From Pyrodictium occultum (GTDB lineage: Archaea; Thermoproteota; Thermoprotei_A; Sulfolobales; Pyrodictiaceae): 32,000 nt of DNA. Where the stretch lies: positions 30,001-62,000 of the forward strand of contig NZ_LNTB01000002.1 in NCBI RefSeq assembly GCF_001462395.1, read 5' to 3'. The position numbers and the translations under genes are program-made. The notes beneath the pieces are model-generated. The model was not told the DNA's origin. It worked only from the letters and a program-made list of their open reading frames with translations, and did no database searches. This document shows positions 1 through 7,279 of this stretch, piece by piece. Numbering within the stretch: position 1 is the first letter of the stretch; the number at the start of each line of letters is the position of its first letter.

Positions 1-1
1 A

Positions 2-166
2 GAGATAAGCACCCTGGTCCACATAGACCCCGACGTCCTGCCCCGGTTCCTCCAGTGCCCCCGCTGCGGGGCCAGGGACGTGGAGGTGGTCCAGGGCACC
101 GGTGTAATGCTCCACAGCGTCGACATAGAGACCGGGGAGGACGAGGAGCGCGGGGTACAGCTGTAA
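2..166 (+). CDS. hypA: HypA hydrogenase nickel-insertion/maturation protein, C-terminal fragment (5' part outside the window)
   Basis: The frame starting at nt 2 translates to EISTLVHIDPDVLPRFLQCPRCGARDVEVVQGTGVMLHSVDIETGEDEERGVQL*. This matches the C-terminal zinc-ribbon region of archaeal HypA (FLxCPxCGSxDxEVVxGxGV...I). The frame is open to the window edge. It is absent from the ORF track because it has no start codon inside the window. Confidence 0.7.
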   Translation, partial: EISTLVHIDPDVLPRFLQCPRCGARDVEVVQGTGVMLHSVDIETGEDEERGVQL

Positions 167-229
167 TACGGGTTGCGCCCACCGCGACGGGGAGAGCAGC
201 TTACCCACGCCCAGAGCACAGGCTGGACC

Positions 230-508
230 ATGGAAGGCCTGGAGAAGAGGCGGGCCACAGTCATGAGGACGTCCTCCCGCCCGAGAAGCCGCGCAGGTAA
301 ACCCACACCCTGGGAGCGCATGGTGGAGGCGGCTGCGGAGAAGCTCCACGCCTCCACCAGGGTCGAGCTGGAGGAGATAGAGCAGAGTATAATAAGCCAT
401 GGGCCCGGGGCTGAGGCCCCTGCCGCACCCTGGACGCGGGACAGGAGAAGGCGGAGGAGAAGGAGGCTCATCGACGCCGTCCGGGCAGCGGTCCGGCTAG
501 GCCACTAG
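230..508 (+). CDS. Hypothetical small basic protein (92 aa from ATG 230; in-frame TTG 173 also possible)
   Basis: Third codon positions are GC-rich and AGG/ATA codons are used. The middle part is Glu/Leu-rich (ERMVEAAAEKLHASTRVELEEIEQSII) and there is an Arg run near the C-terminus. I recognise no family. It may be spurious in this stop-poor DNA. Confidence 0.3.
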   Translation: MEGLEKRRATVMRTSSRPRSRAGKPTPWERMVEAAAEKLHASTRVELEEIEQSIISHGPGAEAPAAPWTRDRRRRRRRRLIDAVRAAVRLGH

Positions 509-785
509 GAGGCCGCGCCGAAGCTGCGGGGCTCAGCACGGAGCACGGGCTCCCCATCCCCGGCCGTCGGCCCCAATCGCCCTCCTCACAGCCCCGCGGG
601 GGTGGCCGCCTCAAGCCTCATTAACGCGGCGGCCCCGGGCCGCCACCGCCCCTGGGGCGGCGCCAGGGGCTGTGAATGGACGCCTGGGCCTTAGCTCTTC
701 CACGGGGTGCTGAGCCTGTGCAACAACGAGCCCCTCGCGCCGCCCGCCGGCACGCCTCTAGCGGCTGGGAGCGGGGAGCACCTGC

Positions 786-1349
786 TTGGCGGGAGAGGGC
801 TACGTCCTACTACTAGGGGCCCAGAGCACGGTGGAGCTGCTCGGCCTCCGCGGGGATCCCGGGGAGCCGCTGGAGCTGTATCGTGCAGCGCTCCGCCGCG
901 GGGGAGGACGGCTGCTGGAGAGGCTGCGCCGCGGCCTAGAGAGCGGCGCTGTGAGGAGCATAGTCTACCTCGGCGCCGACGGCGCGTTGTCGAGGCTGCT
1001 GAGCCGGGGCGTGGTGGAGGTGTATGGCGCCGTCTCTAGGCTCCGCTGCCCCCGGTGCGGGAGGAGGTGGTGGATAGACGAGGGTGAGCGCTGCCCCCGC
1101 TGCGGCGGGCCAGGCGAGCCGGACTACAGCGAGACGCCGCGCCGCAGGCAGCTGGAGGAGGCCATATACGAGCTGACCACGGCCGAGGCTGTGGCCGTCC
1201 ACGGGCTCGGCGAGCCCCCTCCAGTCCTCGGCTCGGTGCTCGCGCTCGCAGCCTCGAGGTTCACCCGGGTCAGCTCCTCGAGCCGGCACCGGCCCAGCTC
1301 AGGGGCCTGGGGCTCGAGGAGACGGGCGAGACCCTGGAGGAGCTCCTAG
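786..1349 (+). CDS. Sir2/sirtuin-like zinc-ribbon protein with degenerate catalytic motifs; probable frameshift near 1250-1260, with the C-terminus continuing in another frame to TAG 1364-1366
   Basis: VVEVYGAVSRLRCPRCGRRW...CPRCGGPGEPD aligns with the sirtuin core viElHG...CxxC...CPxCGGxLRPD. The remaining motifs are degenerate: GAGIS reads GAQS, TQNxD reads YLGAD and catalytic HG reads YG. The listed tail (RVSSSSRHRPSSGAWGSRRRARPWRSS) looks out of frame. The frame with codon starts = 2 mod 3 instead gives SLEVHPGQLLEPAPAQLRGLGLEETGETLEELLAGLAP*. Confidence 0.5.
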   Translation: MAGEGYVLLLGAQSTVELLGLRGDPGEPLELYRAALRRGGGRLLERLRRGLESGAVRSIVYLGADGALSRLLSRGVVEVYGAVSRLRCPRCGRRWWIDEGERCPRCGGPGEPDYSETPRRRQLEEAIYELTTAEAVAVHGLGEPPPVLGSVLALAASRFTRVSSSSRHRPSSGAWGSRRRARPWRSS

Positions 1350-1362
1350 CAGGGCTAGCCCC

Positions 1363-3006
1363 CTAGCCCCGGGGAGCCGCGGCCCCTCTCCGGTAGACCA
1401 GGAGGCCTGCCGCCAGAACCACCGCCGCCACGGCTGCGAAGCCCAGGGTGAGCGCCGCCGGGCTCATACCCCCGGGGCTCCTGCTGCCCGTAGGGGGCGG
1501 CGCCGCTGCGCTGCCGGCTCCGGCGCTGCTGGCAGCGGCGGGCGGGGTCGCGGACGCCGTACCCGCCCCGGCTGCTGTGGCTGCGCTGCCGGTGCTCCCC
1601 CCGGCCGCTGGCGCGGTGGGGGACGTGGAGGCCATCCCTGCGGTGGTTGCTGTGGCTGTGCCCGTCGTGGTGGTCCCCGTGGGGCTTGCCGTGGCCGCCC
1701 CGGGGCCAGTGCTGCTAGACGCCTGGCCGAACTTCACCGCCGCCAGCTGCCCGGGGGAGGCGAGCCTGACCACGTAGGCCTCTGAGCCTCCAATCCTCTC
1801 CCTGGACGTGTTGACTCCCTGGGGCGCCTCCAGGGGGAGCCGGGAGACGAGGGTTATGTTCAGCCTCTCTAGGCCCAGCCGGCTCCCGAGCAACTCCGCT
1901 ACCGCGTGCACCGCCGCCTCGGCCGACTCGGCGGGGCTGGCGCCAGGCTTGTAGATGCCCAGCCCCTGCACGCGGTAAGCCACAGTCCCGTTGCCGGCCC
2001 AGGAGGATATAGTAGCGTTGCCCCTGGCCCTGGCCGCTAGCCCCTCCGCCGCGAGCCCCGCCACGGGCAGCACGCCCCCGGCGCCGGGGACGGCCGTGAT
2101 CGATGCCGCGCTGCCCAGGAGCGTGTAGGCCAGCATCCTCTCCAGGGCCTCCCTCGGCCCCGTCATCGTGGAGTTGCTCCTCGCCTCGATCTCCAGGAGC
2201 CCGTTTCCTGTATAGTTGAGGACCAGCTCCATGCTCCGGCTGGTGTCGATCATAGAGGAGAGCCTGCCGGCCTCGCGCAGCAGGCTTAGCAGCTTATCGG
2301 CCTCCTCCGGGCTCAACGCGCCGGCGGCCGCGAGCCCGGAGACAGCCTTCTCCACGTACTTCCAGTAGTCGAAGAATGCCGTGAAGGATCCTCCCACCAC
2401 CACGGTGCTGCCGGAGGCCTCCACGCTTGCGTTGAGGCTATCCACCCTAACGCCGAAGCCCTGGAGGGCGGCGGTGGCCACTACGGGGTTGAGGAGCCGC
2501 CGGATCCTCTCCGCCAGAGACCGCGCGGCCGTCTCGTTACCCGCGTCTATAGAGGCGGAGAACACGCCGTCCACCCTGTAGACGTGGCCCGTCTTGTTGT
2601 ACACCCCCGACGCGCCGGCGCTCATGCCCGGGAGGGAGAGGTTGAACGCGAAGACCCCGCTACCCCCGCGCCCGGCTAGGCGGAGCCTCATACCGGTGGC
2701 CGCGAGCCCTGCTACCGCGGCCTCCCTCGTAGCAGCCGAGACCCGGGAGATCACGGTGTAGCTGGCGTTGCCCCCCGCGGCCTGCCGGGGGGCTACCGTA
2801 GTGGTTGAGTTCATCCACTCGAGCCCCTTGAGCCCCTCCAGCGGGGCGGAGAGGGACGCGTTAACCCACACCACCCCCTCGCCGTCGACGAGGAGCGTGA
2901 CCGAGCCATGCCCGCCGCCAGAGGCGCGGGCCACGGGGGGAGGCAGGAGCAGCAGCGCGAGCAGCAATAGTGTAGGCAGGCGTGAACGGCGTGAGCGCCT
3001 AGCCAA
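1363..3006 (-). CDS. Secreted, C-terminally membrane-anchored glycoprotein candidate (547 aa), function unknown
   Basis: TTG start. The N-terminus is signal-like (MARRSRRSRLPTLLLLALLLLPPPVARASG). There are about 13 N-x-S/T sequons and a Thr/Ala/Gly/Ser-rich stalk of about 90 aa. The C-terminus has a hydrophobic helix (LTLGFAAVAAVVLAAGLLVY) followed by an RRG tail. I recognise no enzyme motifs. Confidence 0.75.
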   Translation of the reverse strand: MARRSRRSRLPTLLLLALLLLPPPVARASGGGHGSVTLLVDGEGVVWVNASLSAPLEGLKGLEWMNSTTTVAPRQAAGGNASYTVISRVSAATREAAVAGLAATGMRLRLAGRGGSGVFAFNLSLPGMSAGASGVYNKTGHVYRVDGVFSASIDAGNETAARSLAERIRRLLNPVVATAALQGFGVRVDSLNASVEASGSTVVVGGSFTAFFDYWKYVEKAVSGLAAAGALSPEEADKLLSLLREAGRLSSMIDTSRSMELVLNYTGNGLLEIEARSNSTMTGPREALERMLAYTLLGSAASITAVPGAGGVLPVAGLAAEGLAARARGNATISSWAGNGTVAYRVQGLGIYKPGASPAESAEAAVHAVAELLGSRLGLERLNITLVSRLPLEAPQGVNTSRERIGGSEAYVVRLASPGQLAAVKFGQASSSTGPGAATASPTGTTTTGTATATTAGMASTSPTAPAAGGSTGSAATAAGAGTASATPPAAASSAGAGSAAAPPPTGSRSPGGMSPAALTLGFAAVAAVVLAAGLLVYRRGAAAPRG

Positions 3007-3047
3007 GGCTGTCCACGCTCCACCCCCTGGTTAGGCACCTTGATCCA

Positions 3048-3053
3048 CATAAA
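3048..3053 (-). promoter_or_regulatory. TATA-like box (TTTATG on the minus strand) for the 1363..3006 gene
   Basis: One of only two AT islands in the 3007-3401 spacer. It lies about 45 nt upstream of TTG 3006. Confidence 0.4.
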
Positions 3054-3210
3054 CCTGGGGGCCCAGGGGGCGCGCCTATTAACGCTCGGGATGGTCCCGC
3101 TAGAGAGGCCCTCGGGGCTGTGAGGAGTGAGCCCCGCGAGCACCCAGAGGCGGTCCCGAGGAGCCCCGGCGGTGACGCCCCTAGGGGTGGGCCGAGCCCC
3201 TCTACCTGGG

Positions 3211-3291
3211 CCCAGGGGGTGATGAGGCCTGCATCGGGGAACCCCGCGGGTCCTGGGGGAGGCCCGGGGTCTTCCCTGCGGCTGACCCCCC
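3211..3291 (+). ncRNA. Candidate box C/D-like (K-turn) RNA element; not a canonical guide sRNA
   Basis: GUGAUGA (3219-3225) is directly preceded by GGGG. CUGA (3282-3285) is directly followed by CCCCC, so a terminal stem flanking the C and D boxes is possible. However, the C-to-D spacing is 56 nt and no C'/D' boxes are visible. Confidence 0.2.
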
Positions 3292-3401
3292 GGGGGCTCC
3301 ATGGGCCTGTCACCCTTGGGGCCGGGGCTGCCCAGCCGCCCCGCCGGGGAAGCGTTGAGTAGCCGCGGGCGCATGCACCCTTCCTGGGTGCTGGGGGCGC
3401 C

Positions 3402-4775
3402 GTGGAGGGTCTTGAGAGCCTCGCCTGGGAGTACATCCACGGGAGGATGAGGGCCACCCGTACCCCCGGGGTTAGCGTCTCGCTGAAGCGCGGCGGCGAG
3501 CTGCTCCTTCAGAGGGGCTACGGCTACCGTTCCCTAGAGAAGGGGCTCCCCGCGACGGCGGAGACGGTTTACGGCATAGCCTCGATATCAAAGACAATCA
3601 CGGCTGTGGCTGTAATGCAGCTCGTCGAGAAGGGCGTGCTCAGCCTCGACGACCCGGTGGACAAGCATCTCCCCGTGGAGCTCCGCGTCCAGGGGGAGCC
3701 GGTTAGGGTGTGGCACCTGCTAAGCCATACCAGCGGGATACCGGCTCTAGGGTACGCGGAGGCCCTCCTCACCGGCTACGCGGGGCTCGGCCGCGGCTGG
3801 CTACCCTTCTCGGACCCCCGGGACGTGCTGGAGTGGCTGGAGCGGGGCGCCCGCCACTGGGCGCTGGCTCCCCCGGGTGAGAGGTTCCTCTACCTAAACG
3901 AGGGGTACGTCGCCCTGGGGCTTCTCGTCGAGAGGCTCTCGGGGCTAAGCTTCCCCGAGTACGTGAAGCGCTTCATAGCCGGGCCGCTGGGGATGCGGAG
4001 CACCACCTTCGACTACGGGGAGGCATGGGGCTCGAGCCTCCTGGCAACCCCCTACGACTCCTCCAAGACCCCGCCCCGCCCGGCCGCAATACCCCCGGGG
4101 CTAGCCGCGGATGGAGGCGGCTGGAGCAGCGTCGTGGACCTGGGCAAGCTGATGGCGGCGCTCTCCAGCGGCGGCAGCCTGGGCGGCGTAGAGATACTGT
4201 CCAAGAGGAGCGTCGAGGAGATGGAGAAGCCCCGAGCCAGGCTCCCGGCACAGCTCTTCGGGGACGACAGCTACGGGCTCGGCGTCATGGTGTACCCGGG
4301 CTTCCCCGGCGGCAGGCTGGTGGGGCACAGCGGGAACATACTCTTCTACACGGGGTTCGCCGGCCATATAAGGGAGAAGGGGCTCACGGTGGCCGTGCTG
4401 GCAAACGCCGACCCCGGCTCGCCCCAGATAGCTATGACGCTGGCCGCGGCGGCTGCAGGGGCGGATCCCTGGAGCCTGCCCTTCAACACAGCCGACCGGG
4501 TGCTCGGGGCCCTGGAGGGCGTCTACACGGGCTACAGGGGCACTGTGAGGGTTAGGCTGGAGAGGGTTGGGGATGCACTGCTCCTGGAGAGTCTGGAGCC
4601 CCCGGGGAGGAGGGAGGTGCTCTTCCCCGAGCGGCTCGACCCGGCCGAGCCGGTGTTCCTCACGGCGAGGGCAGGGAAGAGGATGAGAGTAAGCTTCCGT
4701 ATCGACCTGGAGGAGGGGGTAGTTGAGATGCTCTACGACCGGTACAGACTGGTGAAGGCTCAGGCCGGCGAGTAG
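3402..4775 (+). CDS. Serine hydrolase of the beta-lactamase/penicillin-recognising fold, Pab87 (CubicO)-type peptidase/esterase with an extra C-terminal domain
   Basis: GTG start. The three family motifs are present: S-x-x-K (ASISKT), Y-x-N (FLYLNEGY) and H-S-G (VGHSGN). The length (457 aa) and a C-terminal beta-rich extension of about 90 aa fit the archaeal Pab87-like subgroup. Confidence 0.85.
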   Translation: MEGLESLAWEYIHGRMRATRTPGVSVSLKRGGELLLQRGYGYRSLEKGLPATAETVYGIASISKTITAVAVMQLVEKGVLSLDDPVDKHLPVELRVQGEPVRVWHLLSHTSGIPALGYAEALLTGYAGLGRGWLPFSDPRDVLEWLERGARHWALAPPGERFLYLNEGYVALGLLVERLSGLSFPEYVKRFIAGPLGMRSTTFDYGEAWGSSLLATPYDSSKTPPRPAAIPPGLAADGGGWSSVVDLGKLMAALSSGGSLGGVEILSKRSVEEMEKPRARLPAQLFGDDSYGLGVMVYPGFPGGRLVGHSGNILFYTGFAGHIREKGLTVAVLANADPGSPQIAMTLAAAAAGADPWSLPFNTADRVLGALEGVYTGYRGTVRVRLERVGDALLLESLEPPGRREVLFPERLDPAEPVFLTARAGKRMRVSFRIDLEEGVVEMLYDRYRLVKAQAGE

Positions 4776-4796
4776 CCCGCCACCCCCCGGGGCCGG

Positions 4797-4816
4797 GAAA
4801 AGTTTATAGCTATAGA
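4797..4816 (+). promoter_or_regulatory. BRE/TATA promoter upstream of sufC (GAAAAG-TTTATA, then TATAGA)
   Basis: This is the only strongly AT-rich stretch between 4776 and 4887. TTTATA lies at 4803-4808. Confidence 0.6.
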
Positions 4817-4821
4817 TGCGA

Positions 4822-4827
4822 TTTTTT
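4822..4827 (+). terminator. T6 run downstream of the 3402..4775 gene (possible oligo-T terminator, embedded in the suf promoter region)
   Basis: TTTTTT lies 47 nt after the stop at 4775. Archaeal RNA polymerase terminates at oligo-T tracts. Confidence 0.3.
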
Positions 4828-4887
4828 CACCAGTAACAATGGTTGCAAGCGTTGCGAGAGCCGGGGAGGCCTGGGCGGCGGGCCACG

Positions 4888-5613
4888 ATGCTGAGTGCTG
4901 AGAACCTCCACGTGGACGTGGGAGCCAGGACCGTGCTGCGAGGCGTGAGCCTGGAGGCTGGACCGGGCGAGCTGCACGTGATAGTGGGCCCCAACGGGGC
5001 CGGGAAGTCGACCCTACTGAACACCCTGATGGGGCTCTCCCGCTGCCATGTTAGGAAGGGCCGGATAATCTTCAAGGGTAGGGACGTGACCCGCGAGCCC
5101 CTCTACCGCAGGGCGCGGATGGGCCTAGCGTTGGCCCACCAGATCCCGCCGGGGCTGAGAGGGCTGACCCTCCGCGAGCTGGTCTCCGCCATGGAGAGGC
5201 TCTATGGCAGCGCCCGGGAGGTGGAGTGGGCGGCCGAGATACTCGATGTCAAGGAGTTTATGGACAGGCCTCTCTTCACCGGCATGAGCGGCGGCGAGCG
5301 TAAGCGCGTAGAACTGTACCTCACAGTGCTCCAGAGGCCCCAGGTGGCGCTTCTCGACGAGCCCGACAGCGGTGTAGACATAGACACTCTTGAGCGGATC
5401 GAGAGGCTCCTCATAGAGCTCCGGAGGAGAGGAGTGACGGTGATACTCGTGAGCCACACGCTCTACATGCTCGAGAAGCTCGCAGGCCACGGAGCCATAG
5501 ACAGGGTACACGTGCTGCTGGAAGGGCGGGTCGCCGCCTCGGGGCCCCCGGGCCCGCTGCTCCACGCCCTGAGGGAGGGGGGCTTCCACGGCCTGGCAGC
5601 CACTGCGGGGTGA
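4888..5613 (+). CDS. sufC: Fe-S cluster assembly ATPase SufC
   Basis: Walker A (GPNGAGKSTL), ABC signature (MSGGERKRVEL), Walker B (LLDEPDSGVDID) and H-loop (VSHT) are all present. The N-terminus from ATG 4888 (MLSAENLHVDV...) matches SufC. The track start, TTG 4843, is an alternative. Confidence 0.9.
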   Translation: MLSAENLHVDVGARTVLRGVSLEAGPGELHVIVGPNGAGKSTLLNTLMGLSRCHVRKGRIIFKGRDVTREPLYRRARMGLALAHQIPPGLRGLTLRELVSAMERLYGSAREVEWAAEILDVKEFMDRPLFTGMSGGERKRVELYLTVLQRPQVALLDEPDSGVDIDTLERIERLLIELRRRGVTVILVSHTLYMLEKLAGHGAIDRVHVLLEGRVAASGPPGPLLHALREGGFHGLAATAG

Positions 5614-5619
5614 GCAGGG

Positions 5620-6834
5620 GTGGCCGAGGTAGCCGAGCTGCGGGAGAGGGCCCTCCGCGCCCTACAGAGCCCAGCCCCCTACGGGCCCGACGTGGACCTC
5701 GAGCGCTACCTCTCCTCCCGCAGAGGCGCGGCGGCCGGCACCGTAGAGGACGCTCTGGAGAAGCTTGGGCTCGGCAGGAGCGTGCTGGGGAGGGCCGGCT
5801 ACGTCCAGGTTAACGAGGAGATACTCCGCAGCATTGTAGCGCGCAGGCTTGAACAACAGGGCGTGCTGGTTATGCCCCTCCACGAGGCGCTGGAGAAGCT
5901 GCCCTGGGCCAGGGGCTACTACTGGCGCGCCGTCCCGGTGGACGCGGACAAGTACACAGCCGCGGTGGAGCTTTACGGCGGGAGGAAGGGCTACTTCATC
6001 TACGTGCCTCCCGGCGCCAGGGTGGAGCAGCCTATCTACACCTGCCTGCTCATAACCGAGGAGCTGGAGGCCCAGCTAGTCCACAACATAGTAGTGGTTG
6101 ACGAGGGGGCTGAGGCGAACCTGGTAAGCGGGTGCGGTGTCTCCCACGGGGTCACCGGCGCGCTCCACGTGGGGGTCTCAGAGTTCTACGTCAAGAAGGG
6201 TGCCACGTTGAGGTACGCTATGATCCACTCCTGGGTCCCGGGGGTCCACGTGAGGCCCCGCACCGGCGTCGTGGTCGAGGAGGATGGTAGCTACGTGAAC
6301 TACTACCTGATTCACGGCCCCGTCGCGAGCGTGCAGAGCTACCCGGTGGTGGAGCTGCAGCGGGGGGCGAGGCTCTACAGCGCCTCGATAATAGTCGCTG
6401 AAGGCGATGCGGTCTACGATATAGGGGCCCTCGCGAGGCTCCGCGGGCAGGGCGCCTCGGCGGAGCTGGTCTCGAGGGTGCTGGCGAGGGGCAGTGCGAG
6501 GGTGTATGCTAGGTCCCGGATCGAGGCCCACGCTCCCGACACACGGGGCCATATAGAGTGCCTGGGGCTCCCCCTCTCGGGCGACGCGGTGATAGAGTCT
6601 ATCCCGGAGCTCCACAGCAGCGTCGAGGGGGCCGAGCTGACCCACGAGGCCGCGATAGGCCGGATAGCGGAGGAGGAGCTTGAGTACCTGATGTCGAGGG
6701 GCTTCACAGAGGATGAGGCGAGGGGGCTGCTGCTCCGCGGCCTCCTCCACGTGGAGGTGCCGGGGCTCCCGGCGCCGCTGCGGAGCCTGATACGCTACGT
6801 AGAGCGCACCCTCGCAGAGAAGGCGACGGGCTAG
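5620..6834 (+). CDS. sufB: Fe-S cluster assembly scaffold protein, SufB/SufD family
   Basis: The GTG start lies 6 nt after the sufC stop. The C-terminal motif EAAIGRIAEEELEYLMSRGFTEDEARGLLLRGLL is typical of SufB/SufD. I could not separate B from D by eye. Confidence 0.85.
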   Translation: MAEVAELRERALRALQSPAPYGPDVDLERYLSSRRGAAAGTVEDALEKLGLGRSVLGRAGYVQVNEEILRSIVARRLEQQGVLVMPLHEALEKLPWARGYYWRAVPVDADKYTAAVELYGGRKGYFIYVPPGARVEQPIYTCLLITEELEAQLVHNIVVVDEGAEANLVSGCGVSHGVTGALHVGVSEFYVKKGATLRYAMIHSWVPGVHVRPRTGVVVEEDGSYVNYYLIHGPVASVQSYPVVELQRGARLYSASIIVAEGDAVYDIGALARLRGQGASAELVSRVLARGSARVYARSRIEAHAPDTRGHIECLGLPLSGDAVIESIPELHSSVEGAELTHEAAIGRIAEEELEYLMSRGFTEDEARGLLLRGLLHVEVPGLPAPLRSLIRYVERTLAEKATG

Positions 6835-7232
6835 CCCCTCCTCTCCCAGCCCCTGCGGAGCCTCAGCATACCCCACTCTGTGGCGGCCTCGACCAGCCAG
6901 CCGGCGAGTATCCCCGCTATCCTCTCTGCGGCCTCTCCCTCGGGGATCTCCGTGCCGTAGTAGCGGGTGAGAGCCCTCCTCGCTGCGGCCGGGTCGACGC
7001 GGGGAAGGAAGCGCTGCTTAAGCCTCTCGAGGAGCTGGTCGAGCCTGTTGACCCCCTCCTCCGCCACCAGCCTCTGCACCTCCCGGAAGTCCTCGTTGCT
7101 GAGCACGCTCCTCTCCGCCCGGTCCCCGGCCTCCTGCCAGTAGAGGTAGAGGGGCTCGTAGTCGCCCACGATCTCCCCGGTGGCGAACATGGGGAGCCTA
7201 CGGCGCCTGCCTCCACCCTCCTCCCGGGACAT
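6831..7232 (-). CDS. Hypothetical protein (133 aa; ATG 7190 is an alternative start)
   Basis: Composition and codon use look protein-like. It lies beyond the stop of the convergent sufB-like gene, so it is not a shadow ORF. It sits 47 nt downstream of the co-oriented TrmB-family gene. I recognise no family. Confidence 0.55.
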   Translation of the reverse strand: MSREEGGGRRRRLPMFATGEIVGDYEPLYLYWQEAGDRAERSVLSNEDFREVQRLVAEEGVNRLDQLLERLKQRFLPRVDPAAARRALTRYYGTEIPEGEAAERIAGILAGWLVEAATEWGMLRLRRGWERRG

Positions 7233-7279
7233 GCTCCGTGTCCCCGCCAGAGTCTAGCCTAGAGCCCCCGGGGCCTGGA

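Noticed and set aside
707-1039. A 110-aa plus-strand ORF overlapping the sirtuin-like gene, and the minus-strand ORF 936..1289.
   Set aside because: They are out of frame with, or antisense to, the frame carrying the sirtuin zinc-ribbon motifs. Their composition is Arg/Pro/Gly-rich.
509-3401. SRP RNA, RNase P RNA or tRNA in the two GC-rich gaps.
   Set aside because: I could not find the conserved cores: the SRP helix-8 GGAA/AGCA motif, the RNase P GAGGAAAGUCC / ACAGAAA-type motifs, or a tRNA T-loop GTTCRAATC. These specific classes are not supported.
2811-3457. ORFs inside the 3007-3401 gap (3120..3362 plus strand; 2811..3440 and 2999..3457 minus strand).
   Set aside because: All are Pro/Gly/Arg-rich low-complexity translations typical of non-coding GC-rich DNA. 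I treat the gap as non-coding.
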